A stretch of 63,949 nt of DNA, filler included, from a bacterium (GTDB taxonomy: Bacteria > JAMORN01), in assembly GCA_027063545.1 (NCBI GenBank). It is 8 parts of 8 records of this genome, joined end to end, with 100 filler letters (N's around TTAATTAATTAA, not from the genome) between each part and the next. Parts side by side here need not be neighbours in the genome. Positions count along the whole stretch, not along the records: positions 40,477 to 48,480 come from JAMORN010000127.1; positions 48,581 to 56,533 come from JAMORN010000128.1; 6 more parts are not named here. One strand, 5' to 3'. Position numbers and translations under genes: made by a program. The first letter of the stretch is position 1; every line of letters begins with the position of its first letter. The notes beneath the pieces were generated by a model, which worked only from the letters and a program-made list of their open reading frames with translations, was not told where the DNA came from and ran no database searches. Shown one piece after another: positions 42,084 through 52,154 of the stretch.

Positions 42084-45068
42084 ATGAAAAAAGTTAAAGT
42101 ATTTTCAATATTTTTTTTTATTATTTTATATAGATTAGTTTTTTCTTATCCTTCTAATATGCTTGATTTCAATAATAATCCTAGATATTTAGTAACAGAA
42201 TCAAAATATTTTAGATTTTACTATCCTTATTCATTTAGGAAAGTAATGCCACTTATTATGGCATATGGAGATATTGTTTTTGATAGTTTAACTAATTTTT
42301 TTGGTTATAAACCAAAGGAAAAGACTGATGTAATTATTAATGATGCTGATTTTTCAAATGGTTGGGCAGCAGCAGGTATTAATACAATAGCACTTTGGCC
42401 TACTGGAATGGAGTATCTTTTAAGGGGGACCCATGAGTGGTTAAGAGATGTTTTTGCTCATGAATTTACTCATATAATTACTATTCAGCCGTTATATAAA
42501 TCAACTCCTTCTATTTCAGATATAAGAATAGGATATTTTTCTTCTCAAGATGAGAAAAATTACAAATCGTTGATGATAGCAATTCCTTTTAATATTGCAC
42601 CTATTTGGTTTTTGGAAGGCTTAGCCCAGTATGGTTCTTATACAATGCAGGGAGATAGATTTGATTCTCATCGTAAAATGATGTTAAGAGTTGATGCGTT
42701 TAATAATAATCTTTTAACCTTAAATGAGATAAAAGTCTTTTCAAAAAATGGTAGGGATGCAGAAAGGGTTTATAATCATGGATTTTCTCTGGTAAAGTAT
42801 ATAATAGAAAACTATGGAAGAGATAAGGTAGTTGAGGTTATAAAAAATACATCAAAACTATCAAATATTACTTTTGATATGAGTTTTAAGAGGACAATGG
42901 GGATTTCATTAAAAGATGTATATAAAAATTGGAAAGATTCTTTAAAGAGGGATGCAGATAGTATTTATAACGTTTTAAAGGATTCATTAACAGAAGTTAA
43001 GGTTTTAACTAATATTGGTTATTATAATGTTTATCCTTTTTTTAATCAAGGAGATTTATTTTATCTTTCCACATACAAAACTGATTTTGGTCCTTTGTTT
43101 TTATTTAAAAATGGGAAACTTTTAAAAGAAGGGGTTAATTTTTCATTTTCTTTATCTCCTGATAGATCTTTTTATGTAATGGCAACTTTTGGTAAGCGGG
43201 GTGCTTTTTATAAAGACCTTTATATTTATTATTTAAAAGATAAGAATAAATTAAAGGTTAGAAAAAAGAAACTTCTATGGAAAAGATCAAGAATTATCTA
43301 TACAGCAATCTCTCCAGATTCTCGTTTTATCGCTTATGTAAGGAATAAACCAGGATATAGTGTAATTGGTATTATAGATACTTCCGGAAAAAAGATTATA
43401 GAGTTTGATAAGATTGAGGACAAAAGAGCGATTTTTTATACACCTAGATGGGATGATAGTTCCCAAAAGGTATTTTTTTCATATTTTACTGATGAAAGTA
43501 GAAATATTGGAGTTTTTGATTTAGAGAAAAAAACTATAACCCCTATTATAAATGAAAAATATTACGATGAACGAGATCCTTTTTATTATAAAGGCAAATT
43601 ATATTTCTCTGCGGACTATAATAACGATATTTTTAATATATATATGTACGATTTAAAAACAAAAAAATTGTATAAAATTACTAATTTATTTTCAGGTGGT
43701 TTTATGCCAACTGTTAATGGTGATAGTTTAATCTTTGTTGAGTATAGAAGAAATGGTTATCAAGTAGTTTTAGATACAAGTTTAGTTCAAAAAGAATTTT
43801 TTGTTATAAAAAGAGAAGGCTATACTGGGCTTCATATAAAAGTAAAAAAATACTCTATAAAGTATAATACAAAAAAATACTATCCATATCCAACAAAACA
43901 TATATTCTCTCCAACAGTTTATTCTGATTATTTAGGAGAAGAGAGGACACTAAAAACAGGTTTGAGTGGATTTTTCTTTGATCCACTTATGAGGGTAAAT
44001 TTAGGACTTTATGGTGCTGTAAATCTTTTAAATATTACTGATTATGGAAGGGATATTGATTTTGGTTATATGGCTCAGTTTAAACTTCTTCCATTTACAA
44101 TTTATAATGAAGGATCTTATTCTAAGGTAAAGGATACTGTTATGTATAAAGAGGAGATAAATGATAGTATAATTGTAGATAATATAAACTATATTACATT
44201 TCAAGATGGTATTTCATTAAGATACCAGATAAATAGAATATCCAAATTTCATCTTTTTTATAAATATATTTCTGCAAGTACAAGTTTTTATAATAATCCT
44301 GTAGTAGATTTTAACTACACCTTTTATAAGGGATATAGTATAGGTCTTATGTATACAATAATGTCAGAGGAGTTTAGAAAAGAGTTTTTAATAGATCCAA
44401 GAGGACTTTTTGTTAAATTTAGAGCGACCTATAATAACGATAAATTAATGAAAAGAGGAAACTTTTATGAGGTATTTTACTATACCCCAGCAGGTGTATT
44501 AAAGCCAAGGGATACAACTTATGTTTATCCATCTATGTATATCTCAACATCATATTATACTAAATTTTTTAAGTTTGATAATATAACATTAGGTATTGAT
44601 TTAAATTATCTAACATTTTTCAATACAGAGATTGATAGTTTCTTTTATATTCCAAACTCCGGGCTTATGGGGATAACAAGTTATCCTTTAAAAAAGGATA
44701 GAAATACATGGTACTATTCAGGAACTAATAACCTATATTTTAGATCCTTTTTTAGATTCCCAATAATATCTCATATAGATAAGAGTATAGGTTTTATGTA
44801 TATAGATAGATTCTATTCAACAATATTTTATGAATACGCATTAAGTACAGACCATTTATTTAAACTTTCAGATTTTTCTAATTCTTTAAAAGGTGTTGGG
44901 TTCTCTTTTAGGTTAGAGAATATTTTAGGAAGTTCTTATCCTTTTTTAATAGAGTTTATAACCTCAACTCCTTTAGAAAACTATAAACCAAATTTTTATA
45001 ATACTATTTTTTATATAAAAGCAGGATTAAGTCTTGATTATATAAAAAATATAGATGCTATCTTTTAA
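42084..45068 (+). CDS. Gluzincin (HEXXH) + TolB-like propeller + C-terminal beta-barrel outer-membrane protein
   Basis: Signal peptide; FAHEFTH and WFLEGLAQY; SPD/PRW PD40-like repeats; amphipathic strands ending in Phe. Confidence 0.72.
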   Translation: MKKVKVFSIFFFIILYRLVFSYPSNMLDFNNNPRYLVTESKYFRFYYPYSFRKVMPLIMAYGDIVFDSLTNFFGYKPKEKTDVIINDADFSNGWAAAGINTIALWPTGMEYLLRGTHEWLRDVFAHEFTHIITIQPLYKSTPSISDIRIGYFSSQDEKNYKSLMIAIPFNIAPIWFLEGLAQYGSYTMQGDRFDSHRKMMLRVDAFNNNLLTLNEIKVFSKNGRDAERVYNHGFSLVKYIIENYGRDKVVEVIKNTSKLSNITFDMSFKRTMGISLKDVYKNWKDSLKRDADSIYNVLKDSLTEVKVLTNIGYYNVYPFFNQGDLFYLSTYKTDFGPLFLFKNGKLLKEGVNFSFSLSPDRSFYVMATFGKRGAFYKDLYIYYLKDKNKLKVRKKKLLWKRSRIIYTAISPDSRFIAYVRNKPGYSVIGIIDTSGKKIIEFDKIEDKRAIFYTPRWDDSSQKVFFSYFTDESRNIGVFDLEKKTITPIINEKYYDERDPFYYKGKLYFSADYNNDIFNIYMYDLKTKKLYKITNLFSGGFMPTVNGDSLIFVEYRRNGYQVVLDTSLVQKEFFVIKREGYTGLHIKVKKYSIKYNTKKYYPYPTKHIFSPTVYSDYLGEERTLKTGLSGFFFDPLMRVNLGLYGAVNLLNITDYGRDIDFGYMAQFKLLPFTIYNEGSYSKVKDTVMYKEEINDSIIVDNINYITFQDGISLRYQINRISKFHLFYKYISASTSFYNNPVVDFNYTFYKGYSIGLMYTIMSEEFRKEFLIDPRGLFVKFRATYNNDKLMKRGNFYEVFYYTPAGVLKPRDTTYVYPSMYISTSYYTKFFKFDNITLGIDLNYLTFFNTEIDSFFYIPNSGLMGITSYPLKKDRNTWYYSGTNNLYFRSFFRFPIISHIDKSIGFMYIDRFYSTIFYEYALSTDHLFKLSDFSNSLKGVGFSFRLENILGSSYPFLIEFITSTPLENYKPNFYNTIFYIKAGLSLDYIKNIDAIF

Positions 45069-45721
45069 CTAACAATTCTGTTAAATTTTATTGAAACAGC
45101 GCTAATATTAAATAATTTTAAAATATTCTTAAAAGCAACTTCATAGGAAATATATTTTTGTCTATATTGTTTATAAATATCTTTTAATTTTATAAATAAA
45201 TCGTATACTTCAGGTATTTTTTTAAGTTCATCTACATATTTTGCTGTTTCTTTAGGAATTATGTAATAGGCTTGTAATACTAAGAGAAGTAATATAACTA
45301 CACTTAATGAAATAGTTCCATGTTTTAGTTTATAAATTTTTGATATTTTTACAGAGTTTATATACTCATCTATTTCTTTTAATAACTTTTGTTCATATTG
45401 GATAGGAACTATATCAAATTCATATTTAAGAAGTTTAACAACTTTCTCCATTAAAAGTAATCTTTCAATGTAGTCTTTAACTAAATTAACCTCTGGATCC
45501 AAAGATAAAGGTATAGGAATCTTTTCTATATCAATAATAGTGGCATATATATACTTTAAAATTATATCTTCAGTATAGTTTCTTAACTTTTTAATATCAT
45601 TATTGTTAGTTGTTGTTAAGTTTTTTATAATCTTCTCTGTTATTTTTACTGCATTGTTATTAATTATACTTAAATTATTTTTATAATTCTGTTCAATAGT
45701 AGTTCGAATTTGTTTATACAT
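45065..45721 (-). CDS. Hypothetical protein with one hydrophobic segment
   Basis: 218-aa ORF with no recognisable motif. Confidence 0.6.
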   Translation of the reverse strand: MYKQIRTTIEQNYKNNLSIINNNAVKITEKIIKNLTTTNNNDIKKLRNYTEDIILKYIYATIIDIEKIPIPLSLDPEVNLVKDYIERLLLMEKVVKLLKYEFDIVPIQYEQKLLKEIDEYINSVKISKIYKLKHGTISLSVVILLLLVLQAYYIIPKETAKYVDELKKIPEVYDLFIKLKDIYKQYRQKYISYEVAFKNILKLFNISAVSIKFNRIVS

Positions 45722-45809
45722 ATTTCTTTGAACCCTTCTTTAACTAATTTTTTTCTCTATTATTATAATATAATAAAAAAATTAGAAAAGTAAAGCGCTT
45801 AAATTAGAT

Positions 45810-46544
45810 TTACACAATAAAATTTAAAGCTTCTTTTAAATAAGTAAATATCTTAACTTTATATTCCCCCTCTTTTAAATCTAAATTTTTTAATTCAACT
45901 TTTCCAAATCTTATTCTTTGTAAATCAACAACTCTATATCCTACGCTTTGAAGCATTCTTCTTATTTGTCGTTTTTTCCCTTCAGTAATTGTGATTAAAA
46001 GTTCTCTATTTGATAGTTTTTTCACCTCTGCTTTTTTTGTTTTGATATTTTCAGGCTTTAAAATAATTCCATTCTGAAGTTTTTTAATATCCTCATTTCT
46101 TATCGGTTTATTTATAATAACCTTATATGTTTTTGGTATTTTATAAATAGGTCTTGAAAGTTGTTCTATTAGTTCTCCTTTATTGGTAAATATTAAAAGC
46201 CCTCTTGATTCATAATCAAGCCTTCCTATGTATTTTAAACTATGGTATTTTTTATCAAGTAGTTCATATACAGTTCTTCTTTTTTGTGGATCTTTTTTTG
46301 TGGTGATATAAAATCTAGGTTTATTTAAAATAAGAAGAATAGTTTGATTTTTGTATTCTAATTTTTCTCCATTAAAAAAAACTTTGTCATTTTCTATATC
46401 AACCCTGTAATAAGGCTCTTTTATTAATTTAGAATTTATTTCAACACTTTTTTGTTGAATTAATCTATCTGCTTCTCTTCTTGATATACCTAATGTATCT
46501 GCCAGAAATTTATTTAGTCTTAATTTTTTTTCTTTACTTTCCAT
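45810..46544 (-). CDS. rRNA pseudouridine synthase (RsuA/RluB family)
   Basis: S4 domain LRLNKFLA...SRREAD; LNKP, IGRLD, EGKKRQIRRM. Confidence 0.93.
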   Translation of the reverse strand: MESKEKKLRLNKFLADTLGISRREADRLIQQKSVEINSKLIKEPYYRVDIENDKVFFNGEKLEYKNQTILLILNKPRFYITTKKDPQKRRTVYELLDKKYHSLKYIGRLDYESRGLLIFTNKGELIEQLSRPIYKIPKTYKVIINKPIRNEDIKKLQNGIILKPENIKTKKAEVKKLSNRELLITITEGKKRQIRRMLQSVGYRVVDLQRIRFGKVELKNLDLKEGEYKVKIFTYLKEALNFIV

Positions 46545-46574
46545 AGAATTATAAAATAATTTATTTTTATCTAT

Positions 46575-48050
46575 ATGGATAAAAGAAAATTTTGGGCTTT
46601 ATTCTTTTTAATTGAGTTTTTTAGGTTTTTAATACTATTTAGATTTGATTTAATGCCTCAGGAAGCTTATTATTTTTTCTATTCCCGTCATTTATCTTTA
46701 AGTTATTTTGATCATCCTCCTATGATTGCTTATTTTTTATATATCTTTTCATTAATCTTTGGTGATGGGGTTGTTGCAGTTAGACTAACCTCTTTTATAA
46801 CCACATTAGTTTCTGGAGTATTATTTTTTTATCTTTCTAAATTAATTTTGGGTGAAAAAAGAGCCTATTCTGCTACTATCCTTTTTATATCAACAATAAT
46901 GTTTTCTATTTTAAGTTATATTTCAACACCAGATGTGGTTTTAGTTTTATTTTGGATAATTAGTTTAATATTTATCTATAAGGCATTAAAAAAAGAAAAA
47001 TTAAAGGATTTTATTTTATCTGGGATATTTATGGGGTTTTCTTTTAGTAGTAAATATACTGCTGTTTTTTTACCTTTTGGATTGTTTTTGTTTTTGGTTT
47101 TAAACAGAAAAAAAAGGCATCTTTTATTCTCTATAAAACCTTATTTAAGTTTAATTTTTATGTTTCTTTTTTCTTTAGAGGTTTTTATTTGGAATTATAA
47201 AAACAACTGGGCTTCCTTTTTATTTCAATCCAAGGAAAGAGTAAATCATTTTTCAATTAAAGATTTTTTTAATATATTTGGTTTAATAGGAACTCAAAGT
47301 TTTCTTCTTAATATAATTATTTACTTTATCCTTCTTTTTTTTACTTTAAAATTTTTAAAAAAATATCTTAAAAGTTATAGAAGGGTTTTATTTCTTTTTA
47401 AAAAAAGGTGGAGTTTTAATTTTCTATTTTTACTCTCATTTTTCCTTCCAATATTTATAGCATTTCATTTAATAGGTATATTATACTGGGTTAAAATAAA
47501 CTGGATTATACCCGGATATATAACAGGAATAATATTAATTAGTTTTATTATTAAATCTCGGGAAAGGTTATACAGTTATTTGTTATCTTTATTATTCCAT
47601 TTTATTCTAGTTATAGAGATCCTTCTTTATCCTATACCAATAAAAAGTGTTGATACATGGTTTGGTTGGAAATCTCTTTCTGATAGTTTGAATATTATTT
47701 TAAAGGACTATAATCAGGATAGTATATTTCTCTTCTCTGATGATGGATATAAAACAACAGCAGAACTCTTGTTTTATTTAAAAAGAAAGGTTTATGGACC
47801 TAATATTCTCCATAAATTTGCTCTTCATTATGACTATATTGGTGATGATTTATCAAAACTCAATGGCAAAGATGCGATTTATGTAAAATGTGATAAACTA
47901 GATTTTTCTCAAATTCCTAAATCACCACCTAAAATTTTATATAAATACTTCAAAGATGTAAAAGTTTTAAAGGTTATTTTAATAAAGGATAAATTTGGAA
48001 AGGTCAAAAGAAAGTTTATTGTTTATTACTGCAAAGATTATCATTATTAA
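46575..48050 (+). CDS. GT39/ArnT-like polytopic glycosyltransferase
   Basis: EAYY, SYFDHPPMIA, TPD, SKYT; many TM helices. Confidence 0.88.
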   Translation: MDKRKFWALFFLIEFFRFLILFRFDLMPQEAYYFFYSRHLSLSYFDHPPMIAYFLYIFSLIFGDGVVAVRLTSFITTLVSGVLFFYLSKLILGEKRAYSATILFISTIMFSILSYISTPDVVLVLFWIISLIFIYKALKKEKLKDFILSGIFMGFSFSSKYTAVFLPFGLFLFLVLNRKKRHLLFSIKPYLSLIFMFLFSLEVFIWNYKNNWASFLFQSKERVNHFSIKDFFNIFGLIGTQSFLLNIIIYFILLFFTLKFLKKYLKSYRRVLFLFKKRWSFNFLFLLSFFLPIFIAFHLIGILYWVKINWIIPGYITGIILISFIIKSRERLYSYLLSLLFHFILVIEILLYPIPIKSVDTWFGWKSLSDSLNIILKDYNQDSIFLFSDDGYKTTAELLFYLKRKVYGPNILHKFALHYDYIGDDLSKLNGKDAIYVKCDKLDFSQIPKSPPKILYKYFKDVKVLKVILIKDKFGKVKRKFIVYYCKDYHY

Positions 48051-48480
48051 GATTTTCTTCCTTTAAATCCAACAATATATCTAGAAGGCTCTATATCATA
48101 AAAATTGTTTTCCTTAAACCAATTATAAACCTCATCAACAAAGTGTCTATGGGCATATTTGGGAGAGTACATATCAAAGGTGCTTAATGCTCTTTCTAAA
48201 AATGATTTATCCATACCAATAGGAAGCCTATTCCTTAATCCATCACCTATTATAGGTATTCTATAAATATAATAAAGAAAACCTGCTGCTATTATTGATA
48301 GATAAAAAAGAAGTTTTGGAGGTATTTTTGAGGTTATTTTCTCTCTTATAAAATCAAGATTCTTTGTTTTTCTGCTCCAGTAATTTCCATAAACCCAGAT
48401 AGAGACAATTCCATCTTTCTTTACCAAAGGAATTATTTTTTTGAAAGCCTCATAGGTGTTTGGGGTGTGGTGTAAAACTC
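48047..48480 (-). CDS. Class I SAM-dependent methyltransferase C-terminus, 5'-truncated
   Basis: VLHHTPNTYEAF upstream of the track ORF, then KKDGIVSIWVY and FDMYSPKY. Confidence 0.8.
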
Positions 48481-48580
48481 NNNNNNNNNNNNNNNNNNNN
48501 NNNNNNNNNNNNNNNNNNNNNNNNTTAATTAATTAANNNNNNNNNNNNNNNNNNNNNNNNNNNNNNNNNNNNNNNNNNNN
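48481..48580. other. Artificial contig linker
   Basis: N44-TTAATTAATTAA-N44. Confidence 0.97.
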
Positions 48581-49109
48581 TACCAATAAACTCAAGCGCC
48601 CAAACATTTTGTTCTACCTGACAAACTTCAACACATCTTCCACATAACACACACTTTTGAGGTTCAAGTTTTAAAGAAGGAGTAGATGTATCAGGAGGTA
48701 AATCTCTGAGTTTCTTATCAAACCTTACTTCTCTTATACCAAATTCAGCAGCAAGCCTTTGTAATTCACAATTACCATTTCTTTGACATGTTAAACAATC
48801 ATCAGGATGATTTGATAATATTAACTCTAATACTGTTCTCCTTATCTCATAAAGTTCAGCATCATGAGTTATTATTTTCATTCCATCTTCAACCTTTGTA
48901 GCACAAGCCCTAACAGGCCTTCTCATTCCTTCTACCTTTACAATACAAAGCCCACAGGATGCACTTGGAGGTAAATCAGGATGATTACATAAAGCAGGAA
49001 TCTTTATCTGAGCAAATTTTGCTGCTTCAAGAATTGTAAAATTAGCATCAACCTCTAATTCTTTTCCATTAATTGTAATCTTTACTTTATTTTCTGTGAC
49101 TTGAGCCAT
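48581..49109 (-). CDS. [FeFe]-hydrogenase catalytic subunit N-terminus (HydA/HndD-like), 3'-truncated
   Basis: IPALC...CGLC...AC [2Fe-2S]; HxxxCxxCxxxxxC; CVLCGRC. The H-cluster domain is not in the fragment. Confidence 0.8.
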
Positions 49110-49132
49110 ATCTATATACTCCTTTTTTATTT

Positions 49133-50905
49133 TTATTCTTTTATTACAGCACCAAATTTACATACATTATAACATTCACCGCACTTAATACATATACTTT
49201 GGTCAATAACATGAGGCTTCTTTCTTTCACCGCTTATAGCATTAACAGGACATCTTATAGCACACAATGTACAGCCAATACACTTTGTTGGATCAATTGC
49301 ATATTTAACAAGTTCTCTACATTTTCCAGCACGACATCTCTTATCTTTAATATGTTCTTCATATTCATCTCTAAAGTATTTTAGTGTAGATAATACAGGA
49401 TTAGGAGCAGTTTGTCCAAGCCCACATAAAGAAGCCTTTTGCATTGCTTTTCCAATAGAAATCAATTTGTCAATATCTTCCATCTCTCCATGACCTATTG
49501 AAATTTTATTTAAAATAGAAAGCATTTGGGTTCCACCAATTCTACATGGAGAACACTTACCACAAGACTCATCAACAGCAAACTGGAGATAAAATTTTGC
49601 AACATCTATCATACAATCCTCATTATCCATAACAATCATACCACCAGATCCCATAATAGAACCTAGATTCTGAAGAGTTTCATACGCAATAGGTGTATCC
49701 AAATATTCTTCTGGAATAACCCCTCCAGATGGACCACCTGTTTGGACTGCTTTAAACTTTCTATTTCCTGTTAAACCACCACCTACATCAAAAATAATCT
49801 CTCTTAATGTAAGCCCCATTGGTACTTCAACAAGTCCAGAGTTTTTAATCTTTCCTGTTAAAGCAAATACCTTTGTACCCTTAGAATTTTCATATCCTAT
49901 TTGAGAATACCAATCACCACCTTTATAAAGTATTACAGGTACATTTGCAAATGTTTCCACATTATTAATAAGTGTTGGTTTATCCCATAATCCTTTTATA
50001 GAAGGATAAGGTGGTCTTGGCCTTGGCATACCTCTTTTACCTTCAATAGAAGCAATAAGTGCTGTTTCCTCACCACAAACAAACGCTCCAGCCCCAAGCC
50101 TTAATTCTATATCAAAAGAAAAGTCTGTTCCTAAAATATTTTCACCCAATAATCCATATTCTCTAGCCTGTTTTATTGCTTTTTCAAGTCTTTCTATTGC
50201 TAAAGGATATTCTGCTCTAACATAAATAAATCCCTGCTTTGCACCAATTGTATAACCAGCTATTATCATTCCTTCAAGAACAGAGTGAGGATCGCCTTCT
50301 AATATACTTCTATCCATGTAAGCACCTGGATCTCCTTCGTCAGCATTACATATAACATACTTTATATCACTTTCTACATTCTTTGTACAATTCCATTTCA
50401 TCCATGTTGGAAATCCTCCACCACCTCTTCCTCTTAATCCACTTTTTTTGAGTTCTTCAATAACTTGATCAGGAGTATATTCTTTTAGAATTTTAGCTAA
50501 AGCCTTATATCCATTTCTTTTTATATATTCATTGATATCTTCAGGATTTATAACCCCACTATTTCTTAAAACAACTCTAAATTGTTTATGATAAAATTCT
50601 ACTTTAGTATTTTTTATTAAAGGATGAGTTTCTTTTTTATAAATTTTATCTTTTAATTTAGTTATTTTACCATTTTTTATAACTTCTTCAATAAATGTAT
50701 CTATCTCATCTTCTGTTATATTTGTAATTATAATATTATCTGGCCAAACTTTAATTATATTCTTATATGTATAAAGTCCAAAAGTATAGAATTTTCTCAA
50801 ATGAACCTTTTGTCTTAGATTTTCATCAACCAACTTTTTATTGATTAGATCGTAAAGATTCCCGGCTTTTTGACAACCTATAAATATGATTTTTCTATTA
50901 TCCAT
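49133..50905 (-). CDS. NuoF-like NADH/FMN-binding subunit (HydB/HndC)
   Basis: GLRGRGGGGFP, CNADEGDPG, GAGAFVCGEETAL, ESCGKCSPCR; C-terminal 2x[4Fe-4S]. Confidence 0.93.
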   Translation of the reverse strand: MDNRKIIFIGCQKAGNLYDLINKKLVDENLRQKVHLRKFYTFGLYTYKNIIKVWPDNIIITNITEDEIDTFIEEVIKNGKITKLKDKIYKKETHPLIKNTKVEFYHKQFRVVLRNSGVINPEDINEYIKRNGYKALAKILKEYTPDQVIEELKKSGLRGRGGGGFPTWMKWNCTKNVESDIKYVICNADEGDPGAYMDRSILEGDPHSVLEGMIIAGYTIGAKQGFIYVRAEYPLAIERLEKAIKQAREYGLLGENILGTDFSFDIELRLGAGAFVCGEETALIASIEGKRGMPRPRPPYPSIKGLWDKPTLINNVETFANVPVILYKGGDWYSQIGYENSKGTKVFALTGKIKNSGLVEVPMGLTLREIIFDVGGGLTGNRKFKAVQTGGPSGGVIPEEYLDTPIAYETLQNLGSIMGSGGMIVMDNEDCMIDVAKFYLQFAVDESCGKCSPCRIGGTQMLSILNKISIGHGEMEDIDKLISIGKAMQKASLCGLGQTAPNPVLSTLKYFRDEYEEHIKDKRCRAGKCRELVKYAIDPTKCIGCTLCAIRCPVNAISGERKKPHVIDQSICIKCGECYNVCKFGAVIKE

Positions 50906-50918
50906 ACTTCTTCTCCTT

Positions 50919-51314
50919 TTATTTTACTTCTTCTTCTTCATATATATCCTGATATGGTTTATCTAGAATATTTTCATGAAGTACCTTTTTCCCTTCTACA
51001 TGTTCTTCTAAAATTCTTATAGCAAATTTTTCATCCACATATCCATATAAAACATTTGGAAGATCCTTCATAACAACTTCAACATTAGGCTCAGAGAAGC
51101 ATAAACCTAAGCATCCAACCTTTTTTACAACCACATTTTTTAAGCCTCTTTTCTCTACTTCTTTTTGAAAGACTTCATAAACTTTATCTGCTCCTGCAGC
51201 AATTCCACATGTTCCCATACCAATTCTTAATTCTATTATATCATCAGAATCCTTTTTTGTTAGTTCATCAGCAAATTTGAAAAGCTCATCGGGATTTTTA
51301 AACTTCTTTGCCAT
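50919..51314 (-). CDS. Thioredoxin-like [2Fe-2S] subunit (HydD/HndB)
   Basis: GMGTCGIAAGA, GCLGLCFSEP. Confidence 0.88.
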   Translation of the reverse strand: MAKKFKNPDELFKFADELTKKDSDDIIELRIGMGTCGIAAGADKVYEVFQKEVEKRGLKNVVVKKVGCLGLCFSEPNVEVVMKDLPNVLYGYVDEKFAIRILEEHVEGKKVLHENILDKPYQDIYEEEEVK

Positions 51315-51853
51315 TATTCTTCTCCTTCTTGTTTGTATTTACCTAATATTTCAGGTAATTTTTCTTTAGTAAGATTTCCATATACATCATTATTAATCAT
51401 AATAACAGGGGCAAGACCACAGCATCCAACACATCTTACTGTTTGTAAAGAAAATAAACCATCTTCAGTTGTTCCACCAACACCTATTCCTAAAAGATTT
51501 TCTAACTCCATTAATAGATCATTTCCCCCCTTTAAATAACAAGCTGTACCCATACAGACTGAGATTTTGTATCTACCCGGTTTATTTAATTTAAAAAGAT
51601 GATAAAAAGTAATTACACCATATATCTTTGCAAGAGGTTCATTTAATAATTTTGATATTTTCATTGCGACTTTTCTGGGAATATACCCATAAATTTCTTG
51701 AACTTTGTGAAGAATCATTATTAAATTTCCAGGTTTATTTTTCCATTCAGCAATGAAATCTTCAAGTTCCTTTGGTAAAGGTATTTCTTGAGCTTTATAA
51801 AACGTAATTTCTTTATCTGCAACATTATCTAAGTGGGGTTTTTCGTGAGTCAT
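51314..51853 (-). CDS. NuoE-like [2Fe-2S] subunit (HydC/HndA)
   Basis: TFY, CMGTAC, CVGCCGLAP. Confidence 0.92.
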   Translation of the reverse strand: MTHEKPHLDNVADKEITFYKAQEIPLPKELEDFIAEWKNKPGNLIMILHKVQEIYGYIPRKVAMKISKLLNEPLAKIYGVITFYHLFKLNKPGRYKISVCMGTACYLKGGNDLLMELENLLGIGVGGTTEDGLFSLQTVRCVGCCGLAPVIMINNDVYGNLTKEKLPEILGKYKQEGEE

Positions 51854-51875
51854 CTTTTTACTCCTTTGTTTTTGT

Positions 51876-51893
51876 TTGTTATCTTTTTCACTA
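51876..51893. promoter_or_regulatory. Rex-like operator, site 2
   Basis: TTGTTATCTTTTTCACTA versus the Rex consensus TTGTGAA-N4-TTCACAA. Confidence 0.5.
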
Positions 51894-51916
51894 CTTCTAC
51901 TACATAATATAATAAA

Positions 51917-51934
51917 TTGTTAAAAAATTCACAA
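51917..51934. promoter_or_regulatory. Rex-like operator, site 1
   Basis: TTGTTAA-AAAA-TTCACAA, one mismatch to the Rex consensus, upstream of the hydrogenase operon. Confidence 0.7.
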
Positions 51935-52154
51935 ACATTTTTTCAAAAAAAAAGAAAGACCTGTGATTAATTATATTAAAAACTTAAAATACTCTTAAAA
52001 TCGATTCAAGTATTTAGATTAATCTAAACAGATATTTTTTATTTTTTTTATACTTGAATAAAGTTTAAAAAAATCTATTTTTGTTAAAATAATTTCTAAA
52101 AAATTTATTTTATACTTTTAAATTATATAATTATTGAAAAAAAGGAGATATAAT

